64,000 nucleotides of DNA from the human T2T-CHM13v2.0 reference genome, Homo sapiens. Positions 40,687-55,810 of this stretch are shown here, piece by piece (position 1 is the stretch's first letter; the number at the start of each line of letters is the position of its first letter). The position numbers and the translations under genes are program-made. The notes under the pieces were generated by a model. The model saw only the letters and a list, made by a program, of their open reading frames with translations. It had not been told where the DNA came from and did not search any database. The stretch lies in assembly GCF_009914755.1 (NCBI RefSeq), contig NC_060936.1. The stretch is one strand, 5' to 3'.

Positions 40687-41671
40687 TTAGGTGGATTTGA
40701 AGGAAAGCAAACATTCAGTTGATATTAATCCCTTTATCGCTGAACTCAGGGTCAATTTGGTGTGAGTGTTCAGGGTAAGAGAAGAGGAAGAGAACACACA
40801 CACCCCTATACTCCTTCCTGATGTACCCATCTGCATGCTGGCCAGCAACCACGTCCATGCCTCATTTGCCACCTTCATTAAAGCCAGAGCCCCTTACGTT
40901 CAAGGAAGCTCACATTCAAAGAAACAGCACAGCAGATAAAACAAGCGTAAAAGCTATTCTCATGTTTACTCAGGTTTCTCAAACATCATTTATGGAACCC
41001 CAATGGATAACCCATGGCAATACTTACTACAATTACTAAATTACTAAAATTTCTTGTCTTCCCCGGTGCTGGCATACCCTAGAACTGCCTCTTCTTCCAA
41101 ACCCCAACTCCAAACTCTCCCTATTGAAAATTGTCCGCATCTCTACCTCTCTCCTCTCCTCTCTTTGTTCTAGATCAACTGAGCCTCTTCAACTTCTATC
41201 TTCTATTTTCATTTCTCTTCATTTTCGATCATTACCCTGATCCTCCCCAACTAAGAGGAGTCAAGGAACTGACCCAACAAGCAAGAATCCTTCCTTTTCC
41301 CTTCTGCCTCTCCAGTCTCAATTCTCAATTGTCCTAACTGCATCACAACAAGGATGGGACCAAAGCTGATGAAACCAGAACTCTCCCCTGAAGGCCAGGG
41401 AAGAAAAGCCAATGGGCAAAACTAAATTCACTCTCCAATGAGAAGGGTAAACAAGGCTGGAACCCACCTATTACTACATCTTATCACTACTGCTAATGGA
41501 ACATGCACTTTTCAGGGGATTTAATTTGTGGCTTATAAATTGTCCCAGCAAACTCACAAGTAGGTCCTGCAGTTACTGAGTAAAATCTCCAAGAACCTCT
41601 CATATCCAGGCTTCTTAGTGGCTCAGTGGGAGAGGTGATCATTCTGATATGGCTGCTTTTGCCTTCCCCAG

Positions 41672-41846
41672 TGGTGTGAGCAGAATGAACAATGCAGACG
41701 GCTCCACGTGCCAGAGCTGCTAGTGGCCCCACTACAGAGGCTCACTCGATATCCGTTGTTGCTGAAGAATATCTGGAAAAGGAGCATGGACTCTGCTGAG
41801 AAAATCATGATCTACTCCATCAAGGAAAAGGTGGAAAAGTCCATCC
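41672..41846 (+). CDS. PLEKHG7: PLEKHG7 coding exon, DH CR3 (WCEQNEQCRRLHVPELLVAPLQRLTRYPLLLKNI...KVEKSI)
   Basis: ccccag acceptor; C|gtaagt; hallmark PxQRLTRYPLLL. Confidence 0.97.
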
Positions 41847-43406
41847 GTAAGTCCCTGAGATAAGTGAGCTTAATTACAGAATTGTGGCCTTGTGACTCCT
41901 GGAAACCTTCTGGGCTTCCATCCTAGGAGGTAATTCCACTGATTTGAGGTCATGGCTCTTGGAAATGTGGGTTCAAGTGTGAGTGCATTGTAAATCAAAT
42001 GCGCACAGAACAATGGGCTCCAGTCACATCCTGGCGAACCCTATGAGAACTCTAGCACCAAGTTTACACAGGATGTGGCTCTGTCTCCAAGTGTTTCAGA
42101 AGTGAGTTCAGGCAGGAAAAGTTCTACTTCCCAGATAACTGAAGGCACTTTGTTTTTAACAGCCGTACTGACCCCACACACAAAGCAAATGGGAGTAAAC
42201 ACCATGGAAAGTGTGTCCAGAGGATAAATTACCATTCATCATTTCTTAAATCACCGAAAGCCAGGGTCAATATGGAACTACTGCCAACTGCAATCTTTAA
42301 ACTGAAATTTGAGGATGGGAACTGAGCAGGCCCTATGATGACTTAAGTTTATTTGTGTAACTCTGTATAACTGAAATTCCCATAAAGAAGTTCATGATTT
42401 ATGCCCAAAAACCAAGATTTTCCTCGTGGGCATCAGAAGGGAACAATTCAAATTGGTGATATTCAGCTATACATAATTTTTTTCTTTTACAAGTTTAAAA
42501 GTAAAATGATACTGCCTGAAACAGATGCTTTAAAAAAAAAAGTAAGACTGTTTAATTGGGTTTTTCTTCTGTTTTTAAATTTTTTATTCAAATTCTAAAA
42601 TTATCTGAAGAGCTGGAATTAAGTTTATCAAGCAAGTAAGACAAAGAATCTCTTAAAGATGACTTCTTTAGCTTTAGAAGTAATCTTAAGGATTATTACT
42701 CATTTGGATGGGTTTGTGAGGAAAGATAAAGCAGCACCTCTGGAGATTTCTCAGTGAAAGATGGATTCTCATTGTTGAGGGAAGAGATTTGTGTGGCCTC
42801 CCTTTATGTCTATTACCTTAAAGATGGTGAATTCTGAAGGTTCCACTAACAATGTGATTCTTCAGGTCTCTTACTTGCCCTCCATGTTTTCAAAAAACAT
42901 TTCAAACCCTCAATAGCAACATGTTATTAGAAAACATTGGAAAATGAATATAAACCTTCCAAAGAGAAATTGAGTTCCTACCAAAAAAGAAATAATCACC
43001 ATGATCATGAAGTGAATATATACTTTTATGATTGGGACAAAAACATATGTTTGTCCTTGTTAGTCTGATTTTTTTTTTCCTCCTCTAATTATAGGCTGTG
43101 TGGTCTAGGGAATAAGAGAAAACTACCAAGGATTTTATTGGTATTATTGAAATAAGAATACACAATATACTTTCAAACTACTGAATTAAATTAGCTAAGC
43201 TTGATTTTTCTCTGCAAGAGACTGATTCCAAATTAGTGAGTTTTCTAAGACGCATGAACAGCAAGCAATATGTGAAATGAACTTTATATATTGTCTGGCT
43301 CCAGGGGCAGCCAGTGTTTCTAAATGATTCCTGTGGACCTTGGTTAAAATTTATACTGCAATGTCATATGCACCTAAAAATATACTGACTATGTCATGTC
43401 TTTCAG

Positions 43407-43522
43407 GGGACCTTGAAGGAAAAGTGAAGTGGCTGGACAATTTCCAAAAATTTAGATATCTACAGGAGATTATAGTGTGGCCACCGCTTTGGGATAGAGA
43501 TAAAAGGTTTTTCATTCCAGAG
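43407..43522 (+). CDS. PLEKHG7: PLEKHG7 coding exon (R-DLEGKVKWLDNFQKFRYLQ...RFFIPE)
   Basis: tttcag acceptor; GAG|gtacaa; phase 1 in, 0 out. Confidence 0.93.
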
Positions 43523-43879
43523 GTACAAAAAAAAAATCAATTAGGACTTATGTCCATTTCTGGAATTTGGGCATTCAGATAGAAATACAATCATCTTAGA
43601 TGTCCCCATCTGTCCACTTGAAGAATAAATCTAGTTTCATGAACAAGAAGTAAAGTCTTCATCTGTAGGGCATTGTATGCGGGGAGGCTGAGGTCGCTGT
43701 GCCATTCTTATGATGGTCCTTCTGAGAGGGTTTTTCATTGTTTCCCATTCCCATGTCCATCTGCTGGCATTTCCAAATGTCATGAACTTTCTAGATGGAG
43801 TTAATTGCCCCAGCTTTTTAAACATGTTCTCTTCCAATCACTAACAACATCTCTTTTATTTTCTCGCTTGTTTTACAAG

Positions 43880-43973
43880 TGTTTGAAACACATTTTTAAA
43901 GAACACATGGCAGAAAACATCTTGTCACCAACCAGCAGACACCTTCTCTATGAAGGAAAATTAACTCTTGCAG
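43880..43973 (+). CDS. PLEKHG7: PLEKHG7 coding exon, PH start (CLKHIFKEH...RHLLYEGKLTLA)
   Basis: ttacaag acceptor; CAG|gtaaat; RxLLxEGxL PH motif. Confidence 0.93.
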
Positions 43974-46900
43974 GTAAATAACTGCTTCCTTTAAAAAACC
44001 CAACATCTGTGCCGCCTTGTAACTTGTTTGACTGCCAGTAATTGAAGAGCAGGAGGACTTGTGTTTGCCTATGTTCCAGGTGATGGAGGGTGTGAATGAG
44101 AGAGTCCCTATGGAGTCACACAGACTCAGGCTTGAATGAAGACTTCGCAACATAACTAGCTAGGTGCTCTCTGTTTTCTCTCTGTAATGGGATAACTCTA
44201 ACTATTCCATAGGATTGTTAAAACAACATACAAGAACAACTTCGCTCACGGTCTGGAATCTAGTAAATAGTCAATGGCAGCTGTTATCATCATAATCGTT
44301 GTACTCCCCCAATGAGCCAGACAATCAAGCTCTCAAATGTTTATGGAGACTCTATTATATTATATAGGACAAGTTGTGCTAGGTAGGTACTATTGGAAGA
44401 TATAAAAACTCATTCTGTATAATTCTTTCCCTCTAGTTGGGAAGCTCTGCCTTATTACCAGACCTTCAGGATAAGTTCAGAAAAGAAGAGAGTCCTTGAG
44501 GCTGCAGTGCCCTGGAGAGGCTTCGTGCAGTCCATGGGACTGGAGGTGGGCTTGGAGGGGCAGGAAGGATGAGGTCAGTGGAAGGACAGGAGGGAGGTCA
44601 TTCAGATAAATAGCACAGCTGGAGAAGTCTTGGAGGCAGAAGCCCCTGGAGAAACTTAGTTTCTAGCAGAGTACATAGGAAGCCAAGCCCCTGGGGCTGA
44701 CTGCCTGGCTCACTCCCTGCTCAGCCTTTTCTGCCTGTACAACCTTGGGCCATTTACAGTGATCTCCTGTGCTTCAGTTTACCTTTCTTTATTGTGAGGA
44801 TTAAATGAACCAACGGATGTGTAAGCACTCAAAAGAATGATTGACACAAAGTTCATGCCCAATAAATATCATGATGATCAGAAAGGCTGCCTGGCTGAAA
44901 TAAGGTTTTAAATCATTTATTTATTCATTTCTGCACAAAATCTTGACCAGGCACTTACTGAGTGTGAAGTCCTGTGGGATGGGATGTTGCCTAACAGTGG
45001 TGATGTGATATCTGGTGGGGAGGGGCTGGGAAATAATCCCTTAATACATGTATATTGAAACTCTGCTCTATTTTAGAGGTAGTCTGGATGTCAGGTTAGG
45101 ACATAATCCCCACCTGGCAGCTGTTAAATAAGGAAGATAGACATATCCAGCGTTTTATATCCAAGGGCTTTTTCATACATTGTCTCTTTCCAGTAAGTTA
45201 AATAGAGAAGTTGCTTTTAATCCCTTGTTATAGGTGAGAGATTTGGGTCTCAGGGAGGTTCTGTATCATGCCCAAGTTCACCTGGTGGGTAAATGACCGA
45301 GTACCAGCTGGAGCCTGGCTGCCTTGGTCCAGCTGGCTTCCAGAATCAGAGCAACTGCCTTGGAAACCAAACAGAAGGACCCAGCCAGGAAACTGCAGGC
45401 AACCAGAAGTCATTGAGCTCTCAGACAGGGAAGTGATAGGTTAAAAGGGTGTTGAAGAAAGCGTTGTTAATAAGCAGTGTTCAAAATGGCATAGAGGAGA
45501 CCAAAGCAGAGTGGTGAAACCGGAAGTTCAGTGGTGAACACGGTGAGGTGAGAAGACTCGGGGCCTGTCTGTTGCTCTACCATTTTTAACATGTGGTCAA
45601 CCCACCCCCCACTTTCATTTGAAAACATAACAATTTTAACTTTTCTTTAATGTTATTTACAACTTCAAAGTAATTATATTTTATGACAAGAACAAATCAA
45701 AGTAATAAAGCAAAACATTATCTGTGTTCCAGCATGTATCTTTACCTCCAAAATTAGCCCCACCTGAAATTATGTGAGGCTTTGGTTCACTCCTTCCCTC
45801 TTCCTACCTACCTCCCAATACTGCAAGACGCACCAGCTTCTCCTAACACATTAGAAATGGGCATGATAGAAAAGGATATGGGAGACATTGCAAAGGCAAA
45901 ACCAGGAGGATTTTATGATCGACAAAGTGGATGAAGAGGAAATGAGTATCAAAAACTGTTCTAATCTATGTATCTGAAAGTTTTGTTGATAATGCCATGA
46001 GTGGTAGAGGGAGTGGGTCAAGGAGTCAATTTTAGGGTTCAGGTTTGGGCATAATGAGAACCCACATGGAAGCTGGAGGAGCAGCTCCTGGTGGGTGAAA
46101 GTCTAAGTCAGATGTGAATTCATGCATCGCATGGGTTCAAAGTGACTGTCATAGATGTATGGGTTGGAAGCTCACCTAAGAAAGACTCTTTACAAACAGA
46201 CTCAACTTTTCCAGAAAATGCTTCTTGTACAGTCAAATGTGGTAGTATGGACATGAACTACATAATGTCACTAACACCAGGCACTTGTTTAATGGCATAT
46301 GCTGTATTAGTCAAATTCCATCAGAGATGGAGACTCCATATGATGTAGTCTACATGGCATCAAGCCAAGTGCAAAGTCCTGAGACTGGACTCAGAGTTGA
46401 GCATCGAGATTTGATGGGGCAGGGTGATAGTGTTAGAAGAAACAGGACATTTCACTTCTTGGTCTTTTGGCTAAGATCAAGTGAGGAAACAGGACATCAT
46501 TTTAAATGAAAAAAGCATTGAACCAACAGTCAGGGGATCTAGCACCAATTGTAGGCTTTGGGAAAATTTAAATTCTCTTATTCTCTTTTATAAATGTTAT
46601 TGCTGCTGCTGATAATGATGATGACAATGAGGATGAAAATGATGTGATGAAACCTAACACATACTGTGTTTCCAAATTTCTCCCAGCCTTAAAAACTGTA
46701 CTCTTATAATCAAATAAGTATATGTTCTCATTCCCAGAAGGTACACATTTTCATAATTTGTTTCATAACTTACTTGGTGGAAAACTAGGGCCTCAATAAA
46801 TGGTAGATAAAATAATTACCACTTTCTAGAATAATGTCTGTAACATTATCTAGAATAACATCTGGAATACGTAGAAGGTGTGCTCCCTGCCTGTTTGTCA

Positions 46901-47020
46901 AAATAAAATAGTTGAAATTAGAAGGAGAAAACAAAACTATTTCATTTTGACAATGATCATTGAGCTGACGCATACATGAGTAGCAGAAGATGGGAATAGC
47001 AAATTTTACAGGTTTGAAGG

Positions 47021-47398
47021 TTGCTGTGGACTGAATTGTGTTCTTCCATTGCTGTGGACTGAATTGTGTTCTTCCACAAATCACATGTTGAAGCCTTAAT
47101 GTCCAGTATGACTATACTTGGAATAAGGAAGAAATGCAGGTAAAATGAGGGACTCAGGCTGGAGCCTTGATCTGATAGGATTAGTATCCTAATCAGAGCA
47201 GACATCAGAGAGCTCACTCTCTCTGTTTGCCATGTAAGAACACATGCAGAAACCCAAAAAGAAAGCCCTTATCAGGAACTGAATCGACCAGCACCTTGAT
47301 CTACTTCCCAGGCTCCAGAACTGTGAGAAATAAATTCCTATTGCTTAAGCCACCCTGTCTGTGGTATTTTGCTATGGCAGGCTCAGCTGGCTGTTCAC
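47021..47398 (+). mobile_element. MLT1A-like MaLR LTR with duplicated 5' 28 bp
   Basis: tgctgtggactgaattgtg...ccagaactgtgagaaataaatt...gtggtattttgctatggcag. Confidence 0.8.
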
Positions 47399-48457
47399 AG
47401 GTCTAGTGCTGTACCATTCCTAGCCCTGTATATCAGTTGGCATATAGATTCAGCCACTGGAGACGGACAGGTTAAAAAAGATAGTTTATTTCTCTCTTGT
47501 TAAGTCTCAACCTATATGACAACTCCACTCCATGAAGTCATTAGGAATCCAGATTCCTGCTGTCTTATTCCCAAATCTAGGGAACTGCCTTCTTCTGTGT
47601 GGCCCAAGATGACTCACCAATATGTCTGTATTCTACCCAGTGAGAAGGAGAGACAGAGACAAGAGAGCTTAGCCCTGCCCTTCACGAATATGACTCAGAA
47701 GTTGCATGCTTTGGCTCACATTCCATTGGTCAGAATTTAGCTCCTTGGTCATATTCAGCAGCAAGGAAATGTAGTCTCTGTTCTCTGAGGATGGGTACTC
47801 ACTAAAACTTGGGGATTCTACTGCTACAAGAGAAGGGGAGAATGGTTTTCAAGGGACAACCAGAAGTCTTTGCCACAACTTGATTTATGAAAAGTTAAGT
47901 TTTTAATATGATTTTTAAAAAAACTATTCAAGGACTATTTAATTTGAATAAAATACCAGATTTCTCCCCTATGCAAATATAGAAAAAATCTTTTCTCTAA
48001 ACTTAAAGAATGAGAGGAGATAGAAATGAATCCTAAATGTTTTAGCTACTACTTTAAATCTTCTAGGGGTAAAAACATATAAGAAAGAACTTCTAGAACA
48101 ATATATATATATAATCTAAATAGAACAAGCTGAAAAAAATTTACTGGGTTTTCCTATGATTACTCTAAGCACTTGTCACATCTCCCTCTAAAAACCTTTT
48201 CCTCTGAAATCACTTAAATTTAACCCTTTTTTCTAATTTCTAAGGGATAGAGTAAAATAAGGAAGGAGATGCCTTATTCTGATACTTGGTTTCTCTTCTA
48301 CTACTATTCCCTTCTTAGGGAAAACTAAAGAAAAGCTATTTGCCTTAAGTAACTATTAAAACTAATATCAGAAAAGTTTGTAAATATGAAACAGATGGAG
48401 AATATCTAAACATTTATGGACACTTTCTAAAACTTGAGAAATAAGTAGTTTTAATGA

Positions 48458-48785
48458 CTGTCAACCTAGGCCGCCATAACAAAATATCACAGACAGGCTG
48501 ACTTAAACAGCAGAAATTTATGTCTTACAATCTGGAGGCTGAAAAGTCCCAGGCCAAGGTGATGGCAAATTCAGTTCCTGATGAGCGCTCTCTTCAAGAC
48601 AAGGAGTGGGGGATAGGGTGGAGGTATCCGGTGTCTCAAAGAACACTAATGCTACTGGATCAGTGCACCAGCCTTATCACTTCATTTTACCCTAATTACT
48701 TTCTTACTCCAAATGCAGCCACCCTAGTGGTTTAGGGCTTCAACATATGAAATTTGAGTGACACAATAGCATAATTCATAGCAGT
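48458..48785 (-). mobile_element. MaLR LTR remnant
   Basis: gccataacaaaatatcacagac...cttaaacagcagaaattta...tagggcttcaacatatgaa. Confidence 0.7.
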
Positions 48786-49117
48786 GAGAAAATGCCTTTT
48801 CTCTGGTTATGTGTGCCTTTGCCAATAACCACCCAGAGGAATCTAGAGGCAAAAATGCTGCAAGTTCAATCAGTTGATAGATTTACCCTCGGCTGAGTTG
48901 AAGCCACTACAAATAACATCTGAGTTATCTTAGATTCAAATGAGACGCATCATAAATTCAATGTCTTTAATGTTGGAAGCTTGGCCTCTCATCAAGTCTC
49001 TGCTTTAGGAAGAAATCAATTCAACATTGAGGCAGGCAGCTTTCTGACCTACATGATTGGAGCCCCTGGGGTGCCGTAATACTCACCCAGTTTTGTTTTC
49101 TAAGGAATTCATTGATT

Positions 49118-49219
49118 AAAAAAAAGAGAGAAAGAAAGAAAGAAGGAAGGAAGGAAGGAAAGAGAGAATGAAAAGAAAGAAAGAAAAAGAAAGAAAGAAA
49201 GAAGAAAGAAAGAAAGAAA

Positions 49220-49268
<49 letters not shown>

Positions 49269-49279
49269 GGAAAGAAAAA
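49118..49279. repeat. (GAAA)n/(GGAA)n microsatellite
   Basis: Read directly. Confidence 0.96.
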
Positions 49280-49333
49280 CTCTTCTACTTAACAGTTTCA
49301 GGTCCCCATTTCAGCTTCTCTTTTTTTCCTCAG

Positions 49334-49413
49334 AAAGCACAAGATTCCTAGATGTTTATCTGTTTCTCTTCAATGATTTCCTCTTAGTTACGAAAACTAA
49401 GTGCAACAAAAAG
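49334..49413 (+). CDS. PLEKHG7: PLEKHG7 coding exon, PH (E-STRFLDVYLFLFNDFLLVTKTKCNKK)
   Basis: tttttttcctcag acceptor; AAG|gtaaaa; FLFxDxLLVTK PH motif. Confidence 0.96.
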
Positions 49414-51116
49414 GTAAAATGCTGCTATTTCAAAGTACGTTTCTAAACAAGTTTGCTAAATGAGTTTAGAAATATTTCTAAATAAACTGTGGTAAAAATA
49501 TAAAATATTCTTAAGCTGAATCTTTTCCTCTAAAAAATGAAGGCATTATAAACTATTGGCTTTTTTAGTCATAAAGCTCTGAAGTAAATAAATAAATAAA
49601 TAAATAAATGAAACCAAAAAAATGCAAGTTGCATTTCTCAAGGATGTCAAAAGAGGAATACATTTTTAGAACAACTTAATCTATATACTTGCAAGCTAAG
49701 TCCCAGAAGCCACAGGACTTTGCCTGACCTGCCTAAGCAAAGGAACCCAAAACATCTTTGTCCATTTTGGCCTGTTCCTTTTCTGAATTGGCCACCACAA
49801 CAAAAACAGCCAGAGTAGGGCCCCTCTGAACTGTCTACTGTCTTATGTCGAGGTGGTTTCAACACTCATTCTGATTTGAAAGCTCACATTATTTCTGAGA
49901 AATAATGATTTGGAGGTGGAGGAGAGAGGGAGCCCTGATCTCTCAGTGTCTACCTATATAAAAAGTGTAGAAGCCAAACATGTATGTAGCATCACAGACT
50001 AAATTAGTCAACTGGGAGCTAGAGCTACAAAATCTCTATAGGGAATAGGGATTTTTTTCACGTTACTTAAGTATTATTTGTTACTGTTATTGTTGTTGTT
50101 ATTTTTACTACCCATTAAGCCACTGGTCTGCTGCTGGTCCCCAAAAGGCTTTCTGTCTAATTTACTATTTCACAATCTGTTTCCTGAATGGTGTGTTTGA
50201 GTGGTATCAAGTAGAGAAGTTTATCTAAGGCTCCCAGACACCTGCTCTAAGAGGTGGGAAGAGGAACGCAATGTCTTCAACAGTCAGAGATACCTAATGT
50301 TGCTTTATTCCATTCATTTCTTTACCAAATGACTAGCCTTACATAGATAAGATCATGAGACTAGCTATGTCATATCTTTTAATAAACTAAGCTTCTACAT
50401 GGCATGTTGGTTAGTTGAGCTAAATCTTTAAGCAATAAAATAGATACCCATTAATCAATCTATGAATAGCTAATCGGTGGTTGGGGAGGGAATGGGTGTA
50501 CGAGAATATTAAGAGTCATAGTTTCGGAATTTGTATGACCTCCCATTATAAGTTACTCAGACTAGCATGTCTGAACAAGCCAAATTCTGAAAAATCTCTA
50601 CCCCCTTCAAAAAAAACCTTGATGCTTGCATAGTTGACCTTCACGTCAAATAGTGGTACAAATCAGAGTATATGAATTAATGGCAGCCCATGTTGATAAT
50701 ATAATAAGCTGATATTCCGGTTTTATGCATCACAAGTTGATTCCTAAAGTAAGGAATGGTATCAGTTTACATGCCTCTTTGCTATTTTATGTACAATTTA
50801 TACCATGCAGGTCACAATTTTTAATTTTTACCCCCTTTTAAAAAAATCACCATCTTATGTGTTCAAAACAATTTCAATTATTCATAAATTCTAGAGCATG
50901 GAATCTATTAAGAATTCAGTATTAGATCCCAGGCATACAGTTGGCCAAAGTGAGGCCCCCTTTCTCATTCATCGAACTCAATACTATAGAGAGATTAAGA
51001 TACTAGGAATGAAGAACTTCCCATTGACGTGAGGGTGATTTAAATGTTTCCCAGTTATGGACATCAACCATTATTTATTCAGGTAATGAAACTTGGAGAT
51101 CAGAAACACTTTGCTG

Positions 51117-51432
51117 CTGGACATGGTAGCTCACTCCTGTAATCCCAGCACTTTAGGAGGCTGAGGTGGGAGGATCACTTGAGCCCAGGGGTTCAATACC
51201 AGCCTGGACAACATAGTGAGATCCCATCTCTACAAAAAAATTAAAAAATTAGCAGGGCATGGTGGTGTATGCCTGTAGTCCCAGCTACTTGAGAGGCTGA
51301 GATGATGGGAGGATCACTTGAGTGTAGGAGGTTGACACTGCAGTGAGCTGAGATCGCACCACTGTACTCCAGCCTGGGTGACAGAGTGAGACCCTGTCTC
51401 AAGAAAAAAAATTTTATTAATAATAATAAAAT
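51117..51432 (+). mobile_element. AluJ-like (sense)
   Basis: Full Alu; TSD aaacactttgct. Confidence 0.93.
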
Positions 51433-51622
51433 AAACACTTTGCTATAAATCACTATGCTTTGGGGAAATGCTTTTCAAGATCCAGAAAGAGTAGTAAGAT
51501 TTTAGGCAATAATAGTTTTTAGGCAATTGTTTCTCAGAATCTATTTGCTTACAGATGCACTTTAGATAAGTGTGCCAATATTTATTTCTTGTTTATTGCA
51601 TTATTTTTCTTGTTAATTTCAG

Positions 51623-51776
51623 AAACTTGGAGGCTCAGACCCTGGTTTAATGTGTCCTTCTCTTACTCCTGAGTTGCAAGCAGTAATAAAAGAGGGTGGT
51701 TCGTGTACAGTACTCGATCAGCCTATTCCACTAGATAGATTGGTAGTCAAAAGTATTGAACCACTCCATGTGTCAG
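51623..51776 (+). CDS. PLEKHG7: PLEKHG7 coding exon (KLGGSDPGLMCPSL...VLDQPIPLDRLVVKSIEPLHVS)
   Basis: tttcag acceptor; CAG|gtatgt; phase 0 in, 1 out. Confidence 0.94.
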
Positions 51777-52787
51777 GTATGTGTCTATTTTCATTATTCA
51801 GCTCATCTGTTTGCCATCACAGAGTTTTATATTGGCCTTTCTTGGTAGCAGGTCATAAATCCAATTCAAGTCTTCATAAAAACAAGACTGTGTTCCTATG
51901 TGTCTACATATCTTTCACTCTATGAATTAGTTATGGTGTCCGGTGCTTGAGTGATAGCTCTGTTACTTGCTAGCCGTATGACCTTAGACAAGAGACTCTT
52001 CAGTTTTCTAAGCCTTTGAGAAATAGGGATAATAATATCTATTTCAGTGAGAGTCTGTGAAAATTAAATAACAAATGTGATGCATTCAATAAATGATAGT
52101 TGCTACTGGTATTGTTATTATAGTATCATTAATACTATTGCTGTTATTAAAACACTGAGAAACCATAACCAGACGTGCAAGAGTAAGATATTTTATTACC
52201 CTCTATTAAAATAATTATGCCAGCAATATATATATATTCATATATATACACACATATATATGCATGTATCTACATGACACATGCATCAGAAATATATATC
52301 ATTTTTAATCTTTTATTCAAGTATTTCTTGAGTTATCTCCTGAGACCCAGGAACTCAGCAGGCCCTACAGATACAAAGATGAATAAGAAACAGCCGTTGA
52401 CCTTGGGGAGCTCTTAGAATAATGAAAGATCAGTAAATCCTCTGTCAGAAAAGCCCTGGGACTCTGAGTTACTCAAGGCTTGAGTGGGCGGCAGTGTTCA
52501 GGAGGACGCAGACACCACTCTGCCTTGGCTAGAGGCTCCTAGACCAGCTGAGGCCAGGCAGGTGGGGACTGACTTCCTGTCCCCATTGGAGGGGCCGGAA
52601 AAGAGAAAGCGCTCACCATCCCCCTCAATTCCCATCCCAGCAGCCAAGCCCAGAGCTTCAGTGAAGAGCATAGGACTGACTCATACATAATAGAGAAACC
52701 TTAAAGAGTGAATGAATGAATATACAAACAACAGTACCAAATACTTACATAGTTATGCTACATAACTAAGTTATATATTTAAATGCT

Positions 52788-53390
<603 letters not shown>

Positions 53391-54138
53391 TAAAAATTTT
53401 AATGCCTTACATATATTAACCCATGAATTAATATAACCTCTCTCTCCAAGAGCAGAAGGGAAGCCTGTATCCAGAAAGATAGCCTCTGCCTCCTGTGTCC
53501 ATTCTTTCTATTTTCAGTAAGATTTGCTGAAAGGTAACAGGGCAGACCTTAAAGCCTCTTGTATTTAACTTGACTGGGACCAAAGTCTATGTAGGGCAAA
53601 ATCTGCCAAGCCAGACAGCAGTTCAGGAGCAAGCCACAAAAAGGGTATGTCAAAGTTGCAAAACCTTTGCTTGGTGAGTGCTCTCACTTTCAGTGTGAGC
53701 TTCTTACCTGCCCAAGGGATGGCAGAGGAATGTAGATAAAACAAAGCCTCAGTATGTGGCGGCTGGAAATCACTTCTTTTCTGTCATTTGTTTAGTTTAC
53801 TTTTTCATGGGGAAAAATATCATAGTAGAGGGCATCCTGTGCTAGGAATTTATTCTCCTACTACAGTGGCTATAGTTATAGATTATGATACAGTTATACG
53901 CTATATAGTTATAGATTGTGGCCTGACACATAGACTTGAGTAAAGGAAGGTGCCAGAACACCCATGAGGAAGAGGATGCAGCTTGGCTGAGGGTTCAGTG
54001 TAGTCACAACCCTGCCAGCTTTAAGACTTGAACTTTATGGGAAATCTAATGTCACCGGATTACCTTGAAAGATGCATGTTTTTTCTCCTCTATTTCTTTT
54101 TTTTTTTAATTAAAAGATCTTTTTAAAAACATGCTTCT

Positions 54139-54429
<291 letters not shown>

Positions 54430-55501
54430 CTATGCTTCCACCTTTTTTATTTTCTGATTTGTAACTACCATCTCTTGTTCCTTTTAAAAATATTTTTCTC
54501 ATTCCTCGGGCCTATTAACTTGACTAATTAGATACAGTACATGGGCAGAGCAGCTATAGAACAGGAAAGAGTAAATGAGGACAAGAGAGAGATTGAGCTC
54601 TGGAGTGACAGACCTAATTCCAAATCCTGGCTATATCATTTATAAGCTCTGTGACCTTGGAAAAATTCATATGTTTCCTCATTTACAAGTAGGAATTAGC
54701 TGACCTATCTCACAGGGTTGCTATATAGAGAAAAAACATAGTATGGTGCCCAATACATAGAAAATGCTTTTAAAATTGTGTCAGTTATTGTATTAGAATG
54801 TCAGTAAAAAAAGAGCTATTCTTGCCTGTATATTATACTCTCTCCAAATTGTATTTTACAGGCCTAGCTTAGCAGGTCCTTTTATTTATAAAGTCCCTTG
54901 TACCCATACTACAAACCAAATGAAGCAAGGATGCCTGGAATAACCTGGAAGTACAATTATAGTTTTTGAGGAAAATGAATTCCAAAAACCAGCCAAGAAC
55001 AATGACCTGATCTTTAAAGCCTCACTTGCTACAGGGAATTTATAAGGCAAAGAATTAGAGAGTAAAACACAGCCAGCTTTTTTTTTTTCCCCAGAAAGTC
55101 ATTTTAATAGGTTTAAGTCCTCTCGCTGCAGAGAAGCTGGACAGAATTTTATGGCCTCTCATTAACAGACTTTATTTTTTGTAGTAGAATTTGGGAATTA
55201 TGATGTTTAGATTGTTATGAGTATAATCTGTGATACTGGGGTAGTTCTTGCAGTTAAGAAAATAAGTATTGTATTCACCTGGATTCTGAAAGAAGCCCAA
55301 CAGCCCCTCAGATAAGCCTGAGTTAAACTAACTTCAACAAATACAAATAGTGACAGCAGACAAGCATCAGCTTAATGATCAGCAAGAATATGTCACTTGC
55401 TCACTTTTTCTCTTTCCTGAAGTACTTGATGTGGGCAGGAGACAGCCCTGGCCTGTTTTTGTTTGTTTGTTTCTAAACACTGACTATAGAAAGAATGTAT
55501 A

Positions 55502-55810
55502 GGGCGGGCGTGGTGGCTCATGCCTATAATCCTAGCACTTTGGGACGCCGAGGTTGGGTGGATCATGAGGTTAGGAGTTCGAGACCAGCCTGGCCAACAA
55601 AGTGAAACCCCCGTCTCGACTAAAAACACAAAAAAATTAGCCAGGCGTGGTGGCGGGCGCCTGTAATCCCAGCTACTCAGGAGGCTGAAGCAGGAGAACC
55701 ATGTGAACCTGGGAGACAGAGGTACAGTGAGCCGAGATCCCGCCACTGCACTCCAGCCCGGGCGACAGTGAGAGACTTCGTCTCAAGAAAAAAAAAAAAA
55801 GAGAGAAAAA
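55502..55810 (+). mobile_element. CpG-rich Alu (AluS/Y-like, sense)
   Basis: Alu body with many CpGs; TSD aaagaatgt(a/g)ta. Confidence 0.94.

Noticed and set aside
51685-51690. AATAAA inside a PLEKHG7 coding exon
   Set aside because: Encodes V-I-K; no GU-rich downstream element at the right spacing before the donor.
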